Assembly: GCF_006345805.1 (NCBI RefSeq)
Contig: NW_021831286.1
Location: 372,001-436,000, forward strand
Origin: Octopus sinensis
Lineage: Eukaryota
Direction of reading: 5' to 3'
DNA: 64,000 nucleotides
The notes beneath the pieces are model-generated. The model saw only the letters and a program-made list of their open reading frames with translations, was not told where the DNA came from and made no database searches. The stretch's first letter is position 1. Every line of letters begins with the position of its first letter. Shown piece by piece: positions 37,866 to 50,488 of the stretch. The position numbers and the translations under genes are program-made.

Positions 37866-39425
37866 CTAAGCGTGCTTTTCCAGATAAATGAGGAACAGAC
37901 ACAGAATTTCCACATTTCTCTCAAACGAATTGTGTGGAATATTGCCCGAATCCTCGACTCCGCGGCAGTATTTATTCCACATGGCAACCAAAGTGGTATT
38001 AGGAAAACTGATCACCAAAGGAATCTTCGAAATTTCCAAACGAGAAAACCCATTTAACTCAAGAAAATCAACATTGCGATACAAGTCGACCGAGTGGACT
38101 TGTTTATCACGACAATGCCTTTTAAACAAAAGCAACTACAACTCCAAAAACACGACCAACCGACTCATTCGTCATTTTGAGCGAATTTATAAATATTCTA
38201 AGCTTCCCAAACAACTTGAAACTAAAGTTGCCAGTCAACTGGACTATTCCTCTCCCTCGAAAATAGACAATTCGATTCAGTGGAAGACTGTCAAATCCTT
38301 TACTCTGAAATTAGACAGAAATATGCCTGTAGGATCTCCCAGCTCTCAATCAGACTGTCGGCCTTGGAAGACAGACTTTTCGGACAGGCCAATGCTTCCT
38401 TATAGGAATATCCCAAAGCCCTCACAACTGACGCACTCTTCAAAACTGTCATTTTAACAAAACTCGAATGGTCCATGTCATGATAGAGACTAAACTACAC
38501 ACATGACAGTAAAAATACAACATTTTTAGAATCACATTCGAAAACCATTCCTAGGAGGACATCCAATGTCAAATCCATGTATTTTGTCACTCCTGTCCGA
38601 CTAAAAGTCTCCAAATCATCGGACATGTCCTGAGCCGAGAATTTGAACTCTTTTCCAATATGTTTTGCCATAAACAACGCCCTTCGTTTCCTCGTAGCAA
38701 TACAATCAAGCATTTGCTGGAAATAAGTCTGAAAATCCAACCGGACTGGATCGGGACCAACAAAGAGAGTCCTCAATCACCGAATCCACGTCCCCTCCGA
38801 GTGACTCAATCAATTTGACCTTCGAAGCAACCGCATGTGCTGTACACCCAGTCAATGTCGGAGTCCGATAACAAAATTCCAAAGCAAGTGAATAACTCTC
38901 GAACTTATAAATCTAAAATTAGTCAAAAAGTGACTTTTTGGATTTCTCTGGCCAGTTGGAACAGTTTGATGAGTGTCCGACAGTCTTCATAGACCAAATC
39001 AGCACTATATATGCTGTGGACGTGTGGGTCCACCATCATGATGAGTCTCGTCGATATGGCAGGCAGACCAAATGTCTTTACTGTGTCTATTCGTTGTTTC
39101 AATTCAGGAATAGTCAGATTAAACAGAGAGTGCATGGAGTGACAGGAATGGAGTGATTCGGATAGGAATTCTGGGAAATCGAGGAGATTTATGTAATTTT
39201 TTATTTTTGGGAGATAATATCGGACCACTGTGTCTGGAGTCTTTACTTGTCTAATACATAGACTGTCCCCAAAACGTTCACATAGCTTAAGGCTTGGATA
39301 GAAGTGAGAAAATTTACTTGGTCGTAAAGAGAATTTGTTCGACAATCCACAGTGGAGAATATCCTCGACTGAACCGACACTGAAAATTGTCCAATTTTAC
39401 TCGCTAGATTGAGAAGAGCCTTCAT
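37866..39425 (-). CDS. mTERF-family-like mitochondrial protein (multi-exon)
   Basis: Transit-peptide-like N-terminus; repeats such as ELKQRIDTVKTFGL and NVDFLELNGFSRLEISKIPLVISF. Confidence 0.5.
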
Positions 39426-39599
39426 TCAGTACCGCATAACAAAAGACACATGAATAGTAAATGTATTTAAATTATTAATTTTTAATAAATGTCAGTAATG
39501 AATTTGAGCTTTATAATTTTATTTCCTTGAAGGATTCTGCTTCTTTGATTTCTTAGCTCTCTTTTATTTTCCGGACAACAATTTTCGATTTTCAGGCGG

Positions 39600-41880
39600 A
39601 TGTTTCTTGGCTGAATTCCCCTAAAATTGGGAATTTATAGACGTTACTACGGAGAAAACAGAACCAATTTTGAGCAAATGGTCTCTCAATGTCAATGAAG
39701 ATAAACAGAATTAACCCCTATTGAACGAATTCCTACCCTCGTGGAGGAACACTAGAAAACTCGGATCTGCCGACTCAAAAGATATTACACGACGGAAAAT
39801 ATTAGCCATAATAGCATTTTAAAAATTACAAATTCATGCGAATATGAAGCTGTTTATTTTCATTAATCACTATTGAACGAATTCCTACCCTCGTGGAGGA
39901 ACACCAGGACTGAAAATATTGGCCATAATAGCATTTTAAAAATTACAAATTCATGCAAAGATGTGGCTCATATAACTCATTTGTCCGACCAGTACTCATT
40001 GATAAAGAAATGCATAAAACAACTCTCTTTACAGAGACCAAATAAGAAAACTCTGATAATTTTTGGCAAAAGAAAGTTCCGAACAAAAAATTATACATGC
40101 TGACTGGATGATGTTTAGTGAAATGATAAATCAGCAATAATACAGACTGGAATTAACTCAGGTAATGAATAAAAAAGTGCAACAATATTGAATTTGAGAA
40201 AATGACTGACATTTCTATAAATGTAGGTTCCCCCTACTCGGAGCCTGACGCTAATTCATCAGCGACTTTGGAATAGTATTAGTTCAACTTTTCAAATTTA
40301 TGTGACTTTTAACAAACAAGATAATTGCTGTTTCCATTTACGATATTTTTTCAAAAAGGATATTTAATTTAAATATTTAGCGCAAACAAAACCATAGTTT
40401 GACTAAGTTGATTAAGTAAATATGATTTAAGATTTCAATGTAAAGAAAGCAAAACTGCTCAGAAACTCTACATGCCCTCCAACCAACAGGAACGATCGTC
40501 CAAACGTTCAAAAGGAACGTCAAGTCACGCTCAAGCAATGCAGAGTATAGAACATCATCACAGCTTTGTGTAAGAACAATTTTGATGAACGTTCTTTCAA
40601 GGCAAACTTTAGAAATGATCCCTAGAAGTATAGCCTTACAATTGCCAATTTTGGAAATTTCAAGTTATTCACGTCTTTTAGTTAAAATATATAAATTATT
40701 TTGAAGGGTTAATAAATGATAATTATTTTCCAACTTACTAATAACCATTTTATTTATAAATATTGATACTAAAGGAATATTTTAAATAATTGTTTATTTA
40801 ATGTACTGGTAGACATCATTATTATATAGCATTATCGGAAAATCATAAATTTAATTAAGTTTGCCTTTGCCACAGCCAGTATTCTCACACACATCCGTTT
40901 CCATGCCCCCCTGTTCTTTGTTATAGTTTGTAATGAATCGAGATCGTCCCCACTTTTCAGTCTTTTGTTTACTCCTGTGAAGTCTTCGTTTAACGCAGTA
41001 GGTAGAGTGACTCTAGGTCTTCCACGGAAAGCTCCTTTGGATCATGGTAAATTTTAGAATAATTGGCGTCATCTATTTTCATTACAGAGTCCGAGAGCTC
41101 TCAGCAATGCTTCGACTGAATAACAGCAGGGCAGCGGGTTATAATAATATTTGGGAGAGTTGTTGAAATACGCACCGACCAATCTTTCAGAAAGTATAAC
41201 TCTTATATTCAATGATATATTCATTGTCCAATTGAGCTCGCGATAAGAGTTCCTCTGCAAAAACAATTGAAAATCTCAGATCAACATTGAATCGTATATC
41301 AAAATCAATTGATCAATACCTGTCCGAGATTATCTCAGCAATGTTTCCACAAGTAGGATACGTCATCACCCGTATTATTCATCGTATATCTGGAGGCAAC
41401 ATTAAGAGATCTAAGAGAACAAATCGGAAGTCTGGACGATTCCTAAAAAGAACGTATTTAAGCGGATAATGTCGATTTTATCGCTAAAAATCGGGAATTT
41501 ATAGACGCTATTGCAGAGAAAACAAAAACTATTTTGAGCAAATGGTCTGTCGAAGTCAATAAAGATAAACAGAATTAACCCCTATTAAACGTATGCCTAC
41601 CCGCGTAGAGAAGTGGAGGAACACCAAAACTCGGATCTGGGGACTTAGAAGATATTACAGAACGGAAAATCTTAGCCACAATAGCACTCAATTACAAATT
41701 CACTCGAAGATGTGCCTTATATAACTTATTAGTCCGACCAGTCCTCGTGTACAATTCATATACTTGGGAAACGCAAAGAAAGACATGGAACAACTCTTTA
41801 CAGAGACCAACTAAGAAAACTCTTTGCTGGATGTGTACGAATAAGTCTGGATGTTATTTAAGCTCGTTGGCGTCTCTTTG
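39600..41880. mobile_element. Cluster of RTE-like LINE fragments (three related copies at ~39620, ~39875, ~41300, plus an antisense 3' piece at ~41000)
   Basis: Repeated ILSKWSLNVNEDK...WRNTRKLGS...RRKILAIIAF; SPVLFIVYLE; FRGRPRVTL. Confidence 0.7.
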
Positions 41881-42244
41881 CTCATATTTTACGGATGAAT
41901 GAAGAAACACCTTGCAATGCCATGGAAGAATTTTTCTGTCATAATGAATATCCAACTTATAAAGACGTCCACGAGGATGTCTTTCCAAGACACTTGCTGG
42001 GGTCGATTGAGGACGCTGACAATATGGACGAAGCCAGAAGCCGAAAAAGGCAACAGATGGAAAAGACTAACCACAAGAATAGTTAAGAACATTGCACAAA
42101 AGCTGTTTATTGATAACGCAAACATCAACTAACTTATGTTTTGCACTTTTTGACATCTAATATGTAATCCTATTAACTCTAAACGACAAATTAACACATA
42201 AAATAAATAATTAAAAATCATTCTTAAAACTGATATATCTTTTA

Positions 42245-43288
42245 TCAATATTCCACATTGAGAAAACGTCTTGTATTATCCGACATTCGAATAGCGTTGA
42301 TAACAGCACTAGTATTGCCCATATCAATAAAATTAGGAATGTTCTCATTTGCCTGGTAAGTAATTTTGCGTTGTTCTTCATTATATATAAACATGTCATA
42401 TAAAGAGTTGGTCATATTCGATAAACACAAATTGAATTCTTCCGAGTCAGTTCGAACACACCGTCTGCTCAGACACGTTTCTTCACTTTCCCCATAAATC
42501 CACCGGAAAAGATTATTTCCACGAAGAGATAAATACCCACGTGACCCCGAAACTATAAACTCCAGATTTGACACTTTCGACTCCAAAAAAGCAGAAATTG
42601 TGACAAAAACGTGAAGATCAGTGTCCATAACCATCTCAAACGTCGCCATCGTGTCAGAATGGACAACTTTTTGTCTCAACAGACTTCCGAATACTTTGAC
42701 AGGTTTCCCGGCAATAATATAGCCAACAATATCGATGATATGACTAGCATGTATATTAAGGACTCCTCCACCCATGGATGTCTCACATTTCCAGTCATAT
42801 CGAGAATTACTCACAAAGGTGTGACAACTGAGGGTGACTCGAATATAAAGAGGGTCCCCCACATCGTCCAAGTGATCTCTGAGGAGAGTGATGGAGTCGT
42901 CAAATCGGTAGGGATTGAAGGGCATGGAGAGTAGTTGAGGGTAGTACTCCCCTGCCTCCATTATACCACTCATTTCCAGTCGGTCAGGACTCGCACAAAA
43001 ATTACAAATCACGTGTTTGCCTATACTGACTGCTCTGGTTGAGATGGGGATTAGAAAGTGAGGGGCAGTGAAGACTATGATTAGATCAATGTCTTTTCTT
43101 ATTATTACTTCGTCGTAGTCGTCGGAGTAGAATGGAATTGACAATTTCTGGGCCAGGTTTGAGGCAGTTGCCAAGTCTTTGTCCCACAGGGCAGTGATCG
43201 AAAAATGTTTGGAACGCAATATATTTATTAAATATGTCGTGAATGATTCAATTCCGAATATTCCAACCATTATTTTGTACTTCTTCAT
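42245..43288 (-). CDS. GFOD1: Glucose-fructose oxidoreductase domain-containing protein (GFOD1/2), intronless
   Basis: Gfo/Idh/MocA fold: VGIFG, IGKHVIC, YYPQLLS, YDWKCETSMGGGVL. Confidence 0.85.
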   Translation of the reverse strand: MKKYKIMVGIFGIESFTTYLINILRSKHFSITALWDKDLATASNLAQKLSIPFYSDDYDEVIIRKDIDLIIVFTAPHFLIPISTRAVSIGKHVICNFCASPDRLEMSGIMEAGEYYPQLLSMPFNPYRFDDSITLLRDHLDDVGDPLYIRVTLSCHTFVSNSRYDWKCETSMGGGVLNIHASHIIDIVGYIIAGKPVKVFGSLLRQKVVHSDTMATFEMVMDTDLHVFVTISAFLESKVSNLEFIVSGSRGYLSLRGNNLFRWIYGESEETCLSRRCVRTDSEEFNLCLSNMTNSLYDMFIYNEEQRKITYQANENIPNFIDMGNTSAVINAIRMSDNTRRFLNVEY

Positions 43289-43519
43289 GTTATCCACAAG
43301 AACTTGTTAATAATACAAAAATTTATTTTATTTAAAAATAATAAAAATATTTTTTATTCAATAGTTAAAAATTTAAATATTAAATACTGTGAATTAAAAT
43401 ATAATTTAATACTTGAGTGTTTCTATAATTTCTAAATATAAATGACACTCTTATTAAAGATAATAAATTTTTGTAATATAATTATTTTTATTTTATTAAT
43501 CAAAAAAGTGGATCAATAT

Positions 43520-43880
43520 AAATAATCATATAAGAGATTATTCAAAATTCATATGGTTGTTGTGGTGTATTTACAGTTAGGATTTTTTTGACGGATTAAA
43601 CATCAATACTATAACTCTCCCGAATCCCAATCCAGAAATAATCTACCAAGTTTTCATCTAACTATTTATTATTCTAGCACGTGTTTAAACGATGTCTGGT
43701 ACAAGAAACAAAAGATTCAGGTATTATTATTTTTTATGGCCAGAGATCCCTCCATTTACTCTTGGTAACGTGACTGACTATTCTGATTATTTTTCGTCAG
43801 TATTTTTCGACTTTAACATTTATAGATAAACCCGAAGAAACGATGTGATACCAGTGAGATATTTTCTTTGCATAAAAGAG
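43520..43880 (+). CDS. Small hypothetical multi-exon gene
   Basis: Several short GT-AG introns linking open exons; no homology recognised. Confidence 0.3.
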
Positions 43881-44640
43881 TAAGAAGATAATCTTTTTGT
43901 TTAAAATGTTATTTAAATTAAAAATATTTCTTTTTTTATTTAATTTAAAATATGTGAAAATTTGAATGTTGTCCCTGTTTTTTATAGCTAATATTTTAAA
44001 TGGAATTTTAATAGAAATATTAAACGGATGTCTGATTAAATGATAAAATAGATTTAAAAAAATAATAAATTTAAGAAATTATCATTTCTCTACAAATATT
44101 ATGTCGCGAGGGGAGAATAAAACCGAGCCGTGAGTGAAACCATGTCAATGCTTGTCAAAAATAAGATAATTAAATATTTTTAAAAAGTAAACATTAACTA
44201 ATTATTTGTAAATATCTTTTCGAAGCGTTTAGAATCCACCTTCCTCACTATTTCCTCACTATCTTTAATATTGACAAAAATGTTGAAAATTTTCAACAGT
44301 AGGAATTGAAGGGCATTGTTGAAAATTTTCCTTTCAGAATTAGCGAATGATTAATTCCATAATCCTTCGGAATACGAATTTTTCAACTAATTATAAATTG
44401 GATACATTCTCTTTAATGTTAAATTCGTAAAAATTTCTTCTAATTTGTTGCCCACTTCTCTTGCGCGTTTGTTCAGAATGTTCTTGGTAGATGCATATTT
44501 TGAATATATGTCTTCTACATGCATTAAACAAGAAAAATGATCATTTTGATTCTTAAATCACAATAATAACTAATAAACTTTAAAACTTTCAAAATCAATC
44601 AAATCAACTTGAAACCTTTCATTAAATAAATCAGCGAATA

Positions 44641-46463
44641 CAGTCGGACCTCGTTATGAGCCAGACCTCGGGTATGATCCATACTCGCTTTATGATACAA
44701 ACTCTATTTTTGAGCCACGTTTTTTGAAACTGCTTTTTTCCTAAGGGGTTTGTAAAAATCAATTAAAAATAGACCTCGTTATGAGCCATCTAAAAATTGC
44801 TATAAACTAAATATTTTGTAATATAATTATTTTTATTTTATATATTTTATCGTTTATTTTAAAGAATTTTTTCCTTGTCACGTTGTTATCTTTGTTGAAG
44901 TATTTTCCACTGTTCTATGTTTTCTAGATGCCTAAAATGAAAATTGATCACGAAAAAAAACTCGAAATAGCCCAATATATTAATCGGAACCTGCTTTCAG
45001 AGCGCAGAATTGCGGAAATTTTCAAAGTTAGCAGGGCTACATTTTCACGTATAAAAAAAGATTTCCCTTTTCTTGATAATGGAACTATTTATTCTGATTT
45101 ATCCGAGCAAACTAGTGATTCTGAAAAGCTTAAAAATCTCGATCTTAAAGTTTTCGAAAATTTTTCACAAATTGCGACTTGAAAAAGTTCCCTTATCTGG
45201 ACCGACCATTAAGAAAATTGGGTCGATGGTCGCTTCAAAATTATCATTGAATAATTTCAAATCGTCTAATGGTTGGCTTCAAAGATTCAAGAAACGACAT
45301 AATTTACAATACAAAACATTGTGTGGTGGAAAGGGTTCCGCAGATACATCTATGCTCCCTCATTTTTTCCAAGAATTAGATACAAAAGTTGTTTATTATG
45401 GTAAAGAAAATGTATTTAATTGCGACGAAACTGCACTTTATTTCAAAAATACACCAACTAAGTCATTTGTACAATGTGGTGAAAATTCGTTTGGTTTTAA
45501 GCAGCACAAGGAAAGGGTTAGCCTGCTTTTATGCTGCAGTTATCTTGGAGAGAAACTGGAGCCTTTAATTATCGGCAAATATCGAAACCCTCGGTGCTTA
45601 AAACAATTCAATCCTGATGTTTTTAACGTCATGTACTCTTCTTCTAAAAATTCGTGGATGACAACTGAAATTTTTAAAAGCTGGGTTTTTTAATTAAATA
45701 CCAGAATGCTTTCTGAAAACCGAAAAATATTAATGTTGTTGGATAATGCTAGTTTTCATAGACTATCCGATTATTCAAACATTGAATTTTTATATTTACC
45801 TAAAAACACTACATCGTTAGTTCAGCCATTGGATATGGGCATAATTAAAGCACTGAAGACAAATTACAGTAATTTATTTATCGAATTCGTATGCATTTGT
45901 GAAAATAGAAGCAATTTTTTGGAAGCAATCAAAAGTCTCAATTTACGGAATGTGATGCAACTAATTTCTGAAGCCTGGGCCAATGTAACTTCAAATCAAA
46001 TTCAAAATTGTTGGAAAAAAATTTTTGAGTGTAGATGGGAGGAAACAATAAATATCAATTCGAAGATTCATACGGACGTGACAGAAATGGTGAACGAAGT
46101 CTTTGTCGAAGAATTGCTTGTAAGCGAAATAAATTTTTATAATGGGCCTGAATCAACAGACATCATAGATCCACTGACTCTTATTAATAATATGGAGGAA
46201 AATATATGCAAACTTTCTCCAGAATTATTAAATGATTTTTACGCCCTAAGGAAAAAAATAATGATTAATTTACGGGATAAAAATCGTTTTGGAGAAAAGA
46301 TTACGCATTATTTCAAAAAATTATAACTTATGAACTGTTTCTATCTGTTTTTGTGAACTATTTTTTACTTAAAGTACTGTTAATTAGGATTATTAGCGAA
46401 CCTCGGTTTATGATACAACCTCGGTTTATGAGCCACCAAGTGGCTCAAACCGAGGTTCGACTG
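44641..46463 (+). mobile_element. Tigger/pogo transposon, full length
   Basis: TA TSD; TIRs CAGTCG(G/A)ACCTCG...TGAGCCA; CCTCGGTTTATGA subterminal repeats; SNGWLQRFKKRH, FNCDETAL, LLDNASFH, QPLDMGII. One frameshift and one in-frame TAA. Confidence 0.95.
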
Positions 46464-47180
46464 TATATGGCTTTAATTGTAATACTGTTTCGGTGGCACA
46501 GCAAACTTGCATATATTGCTCTTACTTATTACTTGTTTTGCTTGATTACAAAAAATCTCCTTCTGCAAAATGCATTCAGATCATTATGCCCACAATGGTT
46601 TGTTTCGGTGATTTCTTAGCAATGATCTTCATTTCCTTTGTGTTTGTTAAAGATACGAAATAAATGTTAGGAAGACTAAGAATGTGACATACCTTCATAA
46701 AACCATTAAAACTTAATTTCAGATCAACACGACAGCTTTAAACATACTCCAGGTCACTAAGATTAAAGCCTTAATGAAAGCCTATCCATTCCTCTGAGAA
46801 ATAAGTAGGAAAGTATTGTGCCAGAATTTAAGCATGGAGTAAATTTTAATATTTGATATTGTTAACCACGGAACACCTATAGTCGATAATTAATGCAGTA
46901 GAAATATTAATTTTTAATACTTGTACTAATTTTCTCTCTTAAACTTTATTTTTTATTTGTCAAAGATTGTTTTTTATTGTTTGGAAAATTATAAATCTCT
47001 TATCAACCTGGTCCACGTTTTTTGTTGTTGATTAGCACGTAAAGGACCTATAGAAATGAGAGAATAGTACAAGACTAGTGATTGGAATTAAATAATTAAT
47101 TTTTGATAAAATGATTTTATTTATAATTTTTTTAATTTTTAAAATTTAATACATTTTTGCGGTTATATTTATCTCTGTGG

Positions 47181-47551
47181 ATGAATTCTGATTTGGGTGC
47201 CACTTCCAGGAATATTAGTAACTTCGATCAATGCCAACTCATGGGCGGTAATCTGTCAGAGGTGGACGATGAGCACGGAAATAAAATCCATATATGTCAC
47301 ATGGAGGACACTGGAGAGGTCTACTACACTGCACAAGTCAACAACAGTCCTCTAGAAAACATGAAAAGTTATTTGCTCAATCATATGAACCAAAAATTCC
47401 AAAATGTTTTAACTTTCTTTTATTTTTTTAGTTGTCTGGGATTGTCGAAAAGAACAGCCAGGAAATAGACAAATTGACCAGAATTGTTGAATCTCTGAAG
47501 GACAAACTCAATTTAAATTCTTTGCCTGATGACCCTCGCTTCACCGACTAG
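47181..47551 (+). CDS. Small two-exon coiled-coil protein (weak HSBP1 resemblance)
   Basis: A 26-nt intron joins LLNHMNQKFQN | LSGIVEKNSQEIDKLTRIVESLKDKL. Confidence 0.55.
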
Positions 47552-48048
47552 GAACTCAATTCATTTTCACAACTTATTAGTTTTAGTCGTATTCTGAGTT
47601 TAATAGAACTTGCTGTTTTTATTTAATTAATACATTGATAATTCAGGGTTTAGAAACAATAATTCAGTAGTGATATTTTTTAGAAAATTGTGGAAATATT
47701 TTTTGTACTATAATAGTGGAATGTTATCACAATTTGATGATAACAATAAAAATGTGGAGAATTTTTTAGACAAATTTTTTTTTCATAGTAATTTGAATGA
47801 TGTGACACATGTTATTGGAAATGTTTATTGTTAGTTTTAGACGTCACTAAAAATATTTTGAAGATAGCTTGTCTTGAAAAATTATTTCTACAATTAGTTT
47901 TGAAAAATGAGATTATTTTTTTGGATTATTGTTTTCGATAGTGGATCTACAAAATGAGATTTGATTAACTCGAAATTGACGATTTAGTCCTGTTTTAATT
48001 GAAAAAGAGTTTTTAAGAATTTAACTTTTTAATTTTGTGTTAGAATGA

Positions 48049-49984
48049 TTATAATTTAGAACTTTCAATTTGGTTTGACCCTGTTCGATATCCCTCTCGG
48101 TGGCCTACAGGGGGCTTCCAGTCTGGACTTTTGAAAGCATTTTTCTATAAAATATAATTTTTATATCTTCATACATAGCCTTTACAGAACATATATCCAA
48201 CTGCATATGCAGCAGTTACAATTATTGGAAATGCGCCAATGAGCACTTCTAAAACTTTTCCTGCGTTTGTAGTCGAGCTTGCACTGTATTTGTGGTTTGG
48301 AAAATCCGAAATGAGAATTATCTGAATTTAAATTTGTAATTTTAATACCAAAAGACAGACTGGACTAACAAATACCCAGCATATAATCCAAAAATAATTC
48401 GTTTGTTTGCCCATCATAAATTTCAAGTCTTTCAAAAAATTGGAAACACCTAAAAAATAAAAGCATAATCCACTACCATAAATGTACATGACGCCAAAAA
48501 TTTCCAAAAATCCAATCCACAAAAATGTACTAGCAACCGCAAAGTCGACTGTATCACTCAAAAACTGTCCACCCTGCCGCATTGACCTAAAATCAAATCT
48601 TAACCTGATAAGTTAGCGGAATTCCCAATATGAAGAATAAAAAGCAAATTCCCCCTCTGAATGCGACACTCCATTTTCTCTCTAATTCGGGAAGCATTTT
48701 TTCAAGACCGTCGAGAACTCCTTCGCATATAGTCAACTATTTGTTAGAAAATGAGTTTAACCATAGATCCAAATCCCAAGAGCGTCATCATCAGGAAGAA
48801 CAGAACTGACCAAAATTGTGGCGTGGAAAGCGTAGACAACCCAACAGGATAAGCAATGAATGCAAGACCAAAGCCTAACGTAAATTCGACAAGGAAACCG
48901 CTTTTGACGACTTGGTCTACAGATTTGCCGGAAGTGTGGGCTAAATATCCCATGACTGAAAAGACTGCAAATCCAACATAAAACGAGGAGAGGCAGTTTA
49001 AAACAGGAACTAAAATTGAATCGCGAAGTGCTGAATTAGTGAATTTGTTGTGACTGGCCAGAGTGATGATTCCTCCATAACAAACGGCTATCGAAAAGAA
49101 AATCTGAGACGAGGCTGCTTTCCAGACCTATTAATTACGAATAAATGTCAACAGATGGATCCTTTAGTTTGCTTATTTCAGGTTTCAAATAAAAAGTGAC
49201 CCCCTGTAGTGACCCTGGTAGAGTGGATCCTCGAATAACCAGAATAGTGATCATTAAATATGGGAAAATGGCAGTGATGTACGACACCTACCCTCAAACT
49301 GTGTCACTACCTTTCCCATGGATTTTATTGATAACGAGAGACTCAAAAAAACACAAAGCCAGGCCACAAAATTGGTCCAAAGCATATTAGGTTGAATATT
49401 CCCAAAATCTCCTAACTGTCCAGTTTTGTTCAAAACTTTGTTGCTTTAATTCGTTTAAAATAATTACTTTAAAAACTGTTCCGCTGCTTCTGCCGGAGTG
49501 GTGACTACAAAGTCAGTGGCTAGAGGACATTACTGTTTAAGGTGCTGTTAGTTACTGTCCACGGAAGAACTCTGTAGCACGAAAAATAAATGTACTGAAT
49601 GCAGATCGACACAATCACATTGTAGTAAGTCCCGATTACTGTAGAAATGAATATATAACTCATTCCAACACCTAAGGAATATGTATGAGTCAATAAACCT
49701 CTAAATAATGGTGCCACATTCCAAACTTTGACGAAATCAAGACCTGAAAATTGTCCCAACAACATTTCTAGATAAAAAATAGGAATTCCGAGTATTATCA
49801 TGCTTATAAAATAAGGAATCAGGAATGCTCCTATTAGCAGTAATGTGTCCAACTAACCGCCTCCGTTTGAGTAGCACAAATAAGGAAATCTCCACACGTT
49901 TCCAAGTCCAACTGCAAATGAAAGTAGTGCCATGAAAAATTCAATTTGTTTAGACCAAAATACTCGTTTTCTGTCATTGCTCAT
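48049..49984 (-). CDS. SLC6 sodium:neurotransmitter/amino-acid symporter
   Basis: [59 protein letters not shown]; at least 11 tiny introns. Confidence 0.95.
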
Positions 49985-50488
49985 TTTTCCGTAATGCTTT
50001 TGAGAATTCTCGTCAATGTAATTTATATTGTTAATGATTGAAAGGACAATTAAAACCACTGGGCGAGTCAACGAGCATTAATGTTTGGATTCCAAACTAA
50101 GGCGTGGCATGTAATAAATTAGCATAACCTCTCACTTATTTAAAAGTACAGTTCTGTCCATTTAAGGTAATTCACATGATAAAAAATCATTTTATGATCA
50201 ATAAAGTCCTTTCTGTAAAATTCAAACAAATTTATGAACGGGAACTAAACATTTGAACTCCGTCAGGATAGTCCGACAGTCAGCCTTGTTCTCTTTACAG
50301 GCAATTTATCAAAGCAATTTTTCAAAGCAATTTTTAACTGAATTGGGCAAGATTTATGCCCATTAAAAAACAGAAATGTGACCTAACCTACTCTTTGAAT
50401 TATCGTGATATTGTTTAGAAAACAAATCATCAGGTTAATTAGTTTGTTTACTTACATTACATTAATTATTTAATTAATTTTAATTTAA

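Noticed and set aside
37888-38457. 189-aa plus-strand ORF and other antisense ORFs (e.g. 55011-55610, 13229-13657)
   Set aside because: Shadows of real minus-strand coding sequence, favoured by the local A/C skew or higher GC; no motifs.
39600-41880. Spaced repeats resembling an array or CRISPR
   Set aside because: The units are long, irregular and translate as RTE RT fragments; the context is eukaryotic.
42245-43288. Intronless Gfo/Idh/MocA gene as a bacterial horizontal transfer
   Set aside because: Motifs match animal GFOD1/2, which is intron-poor in other animals.
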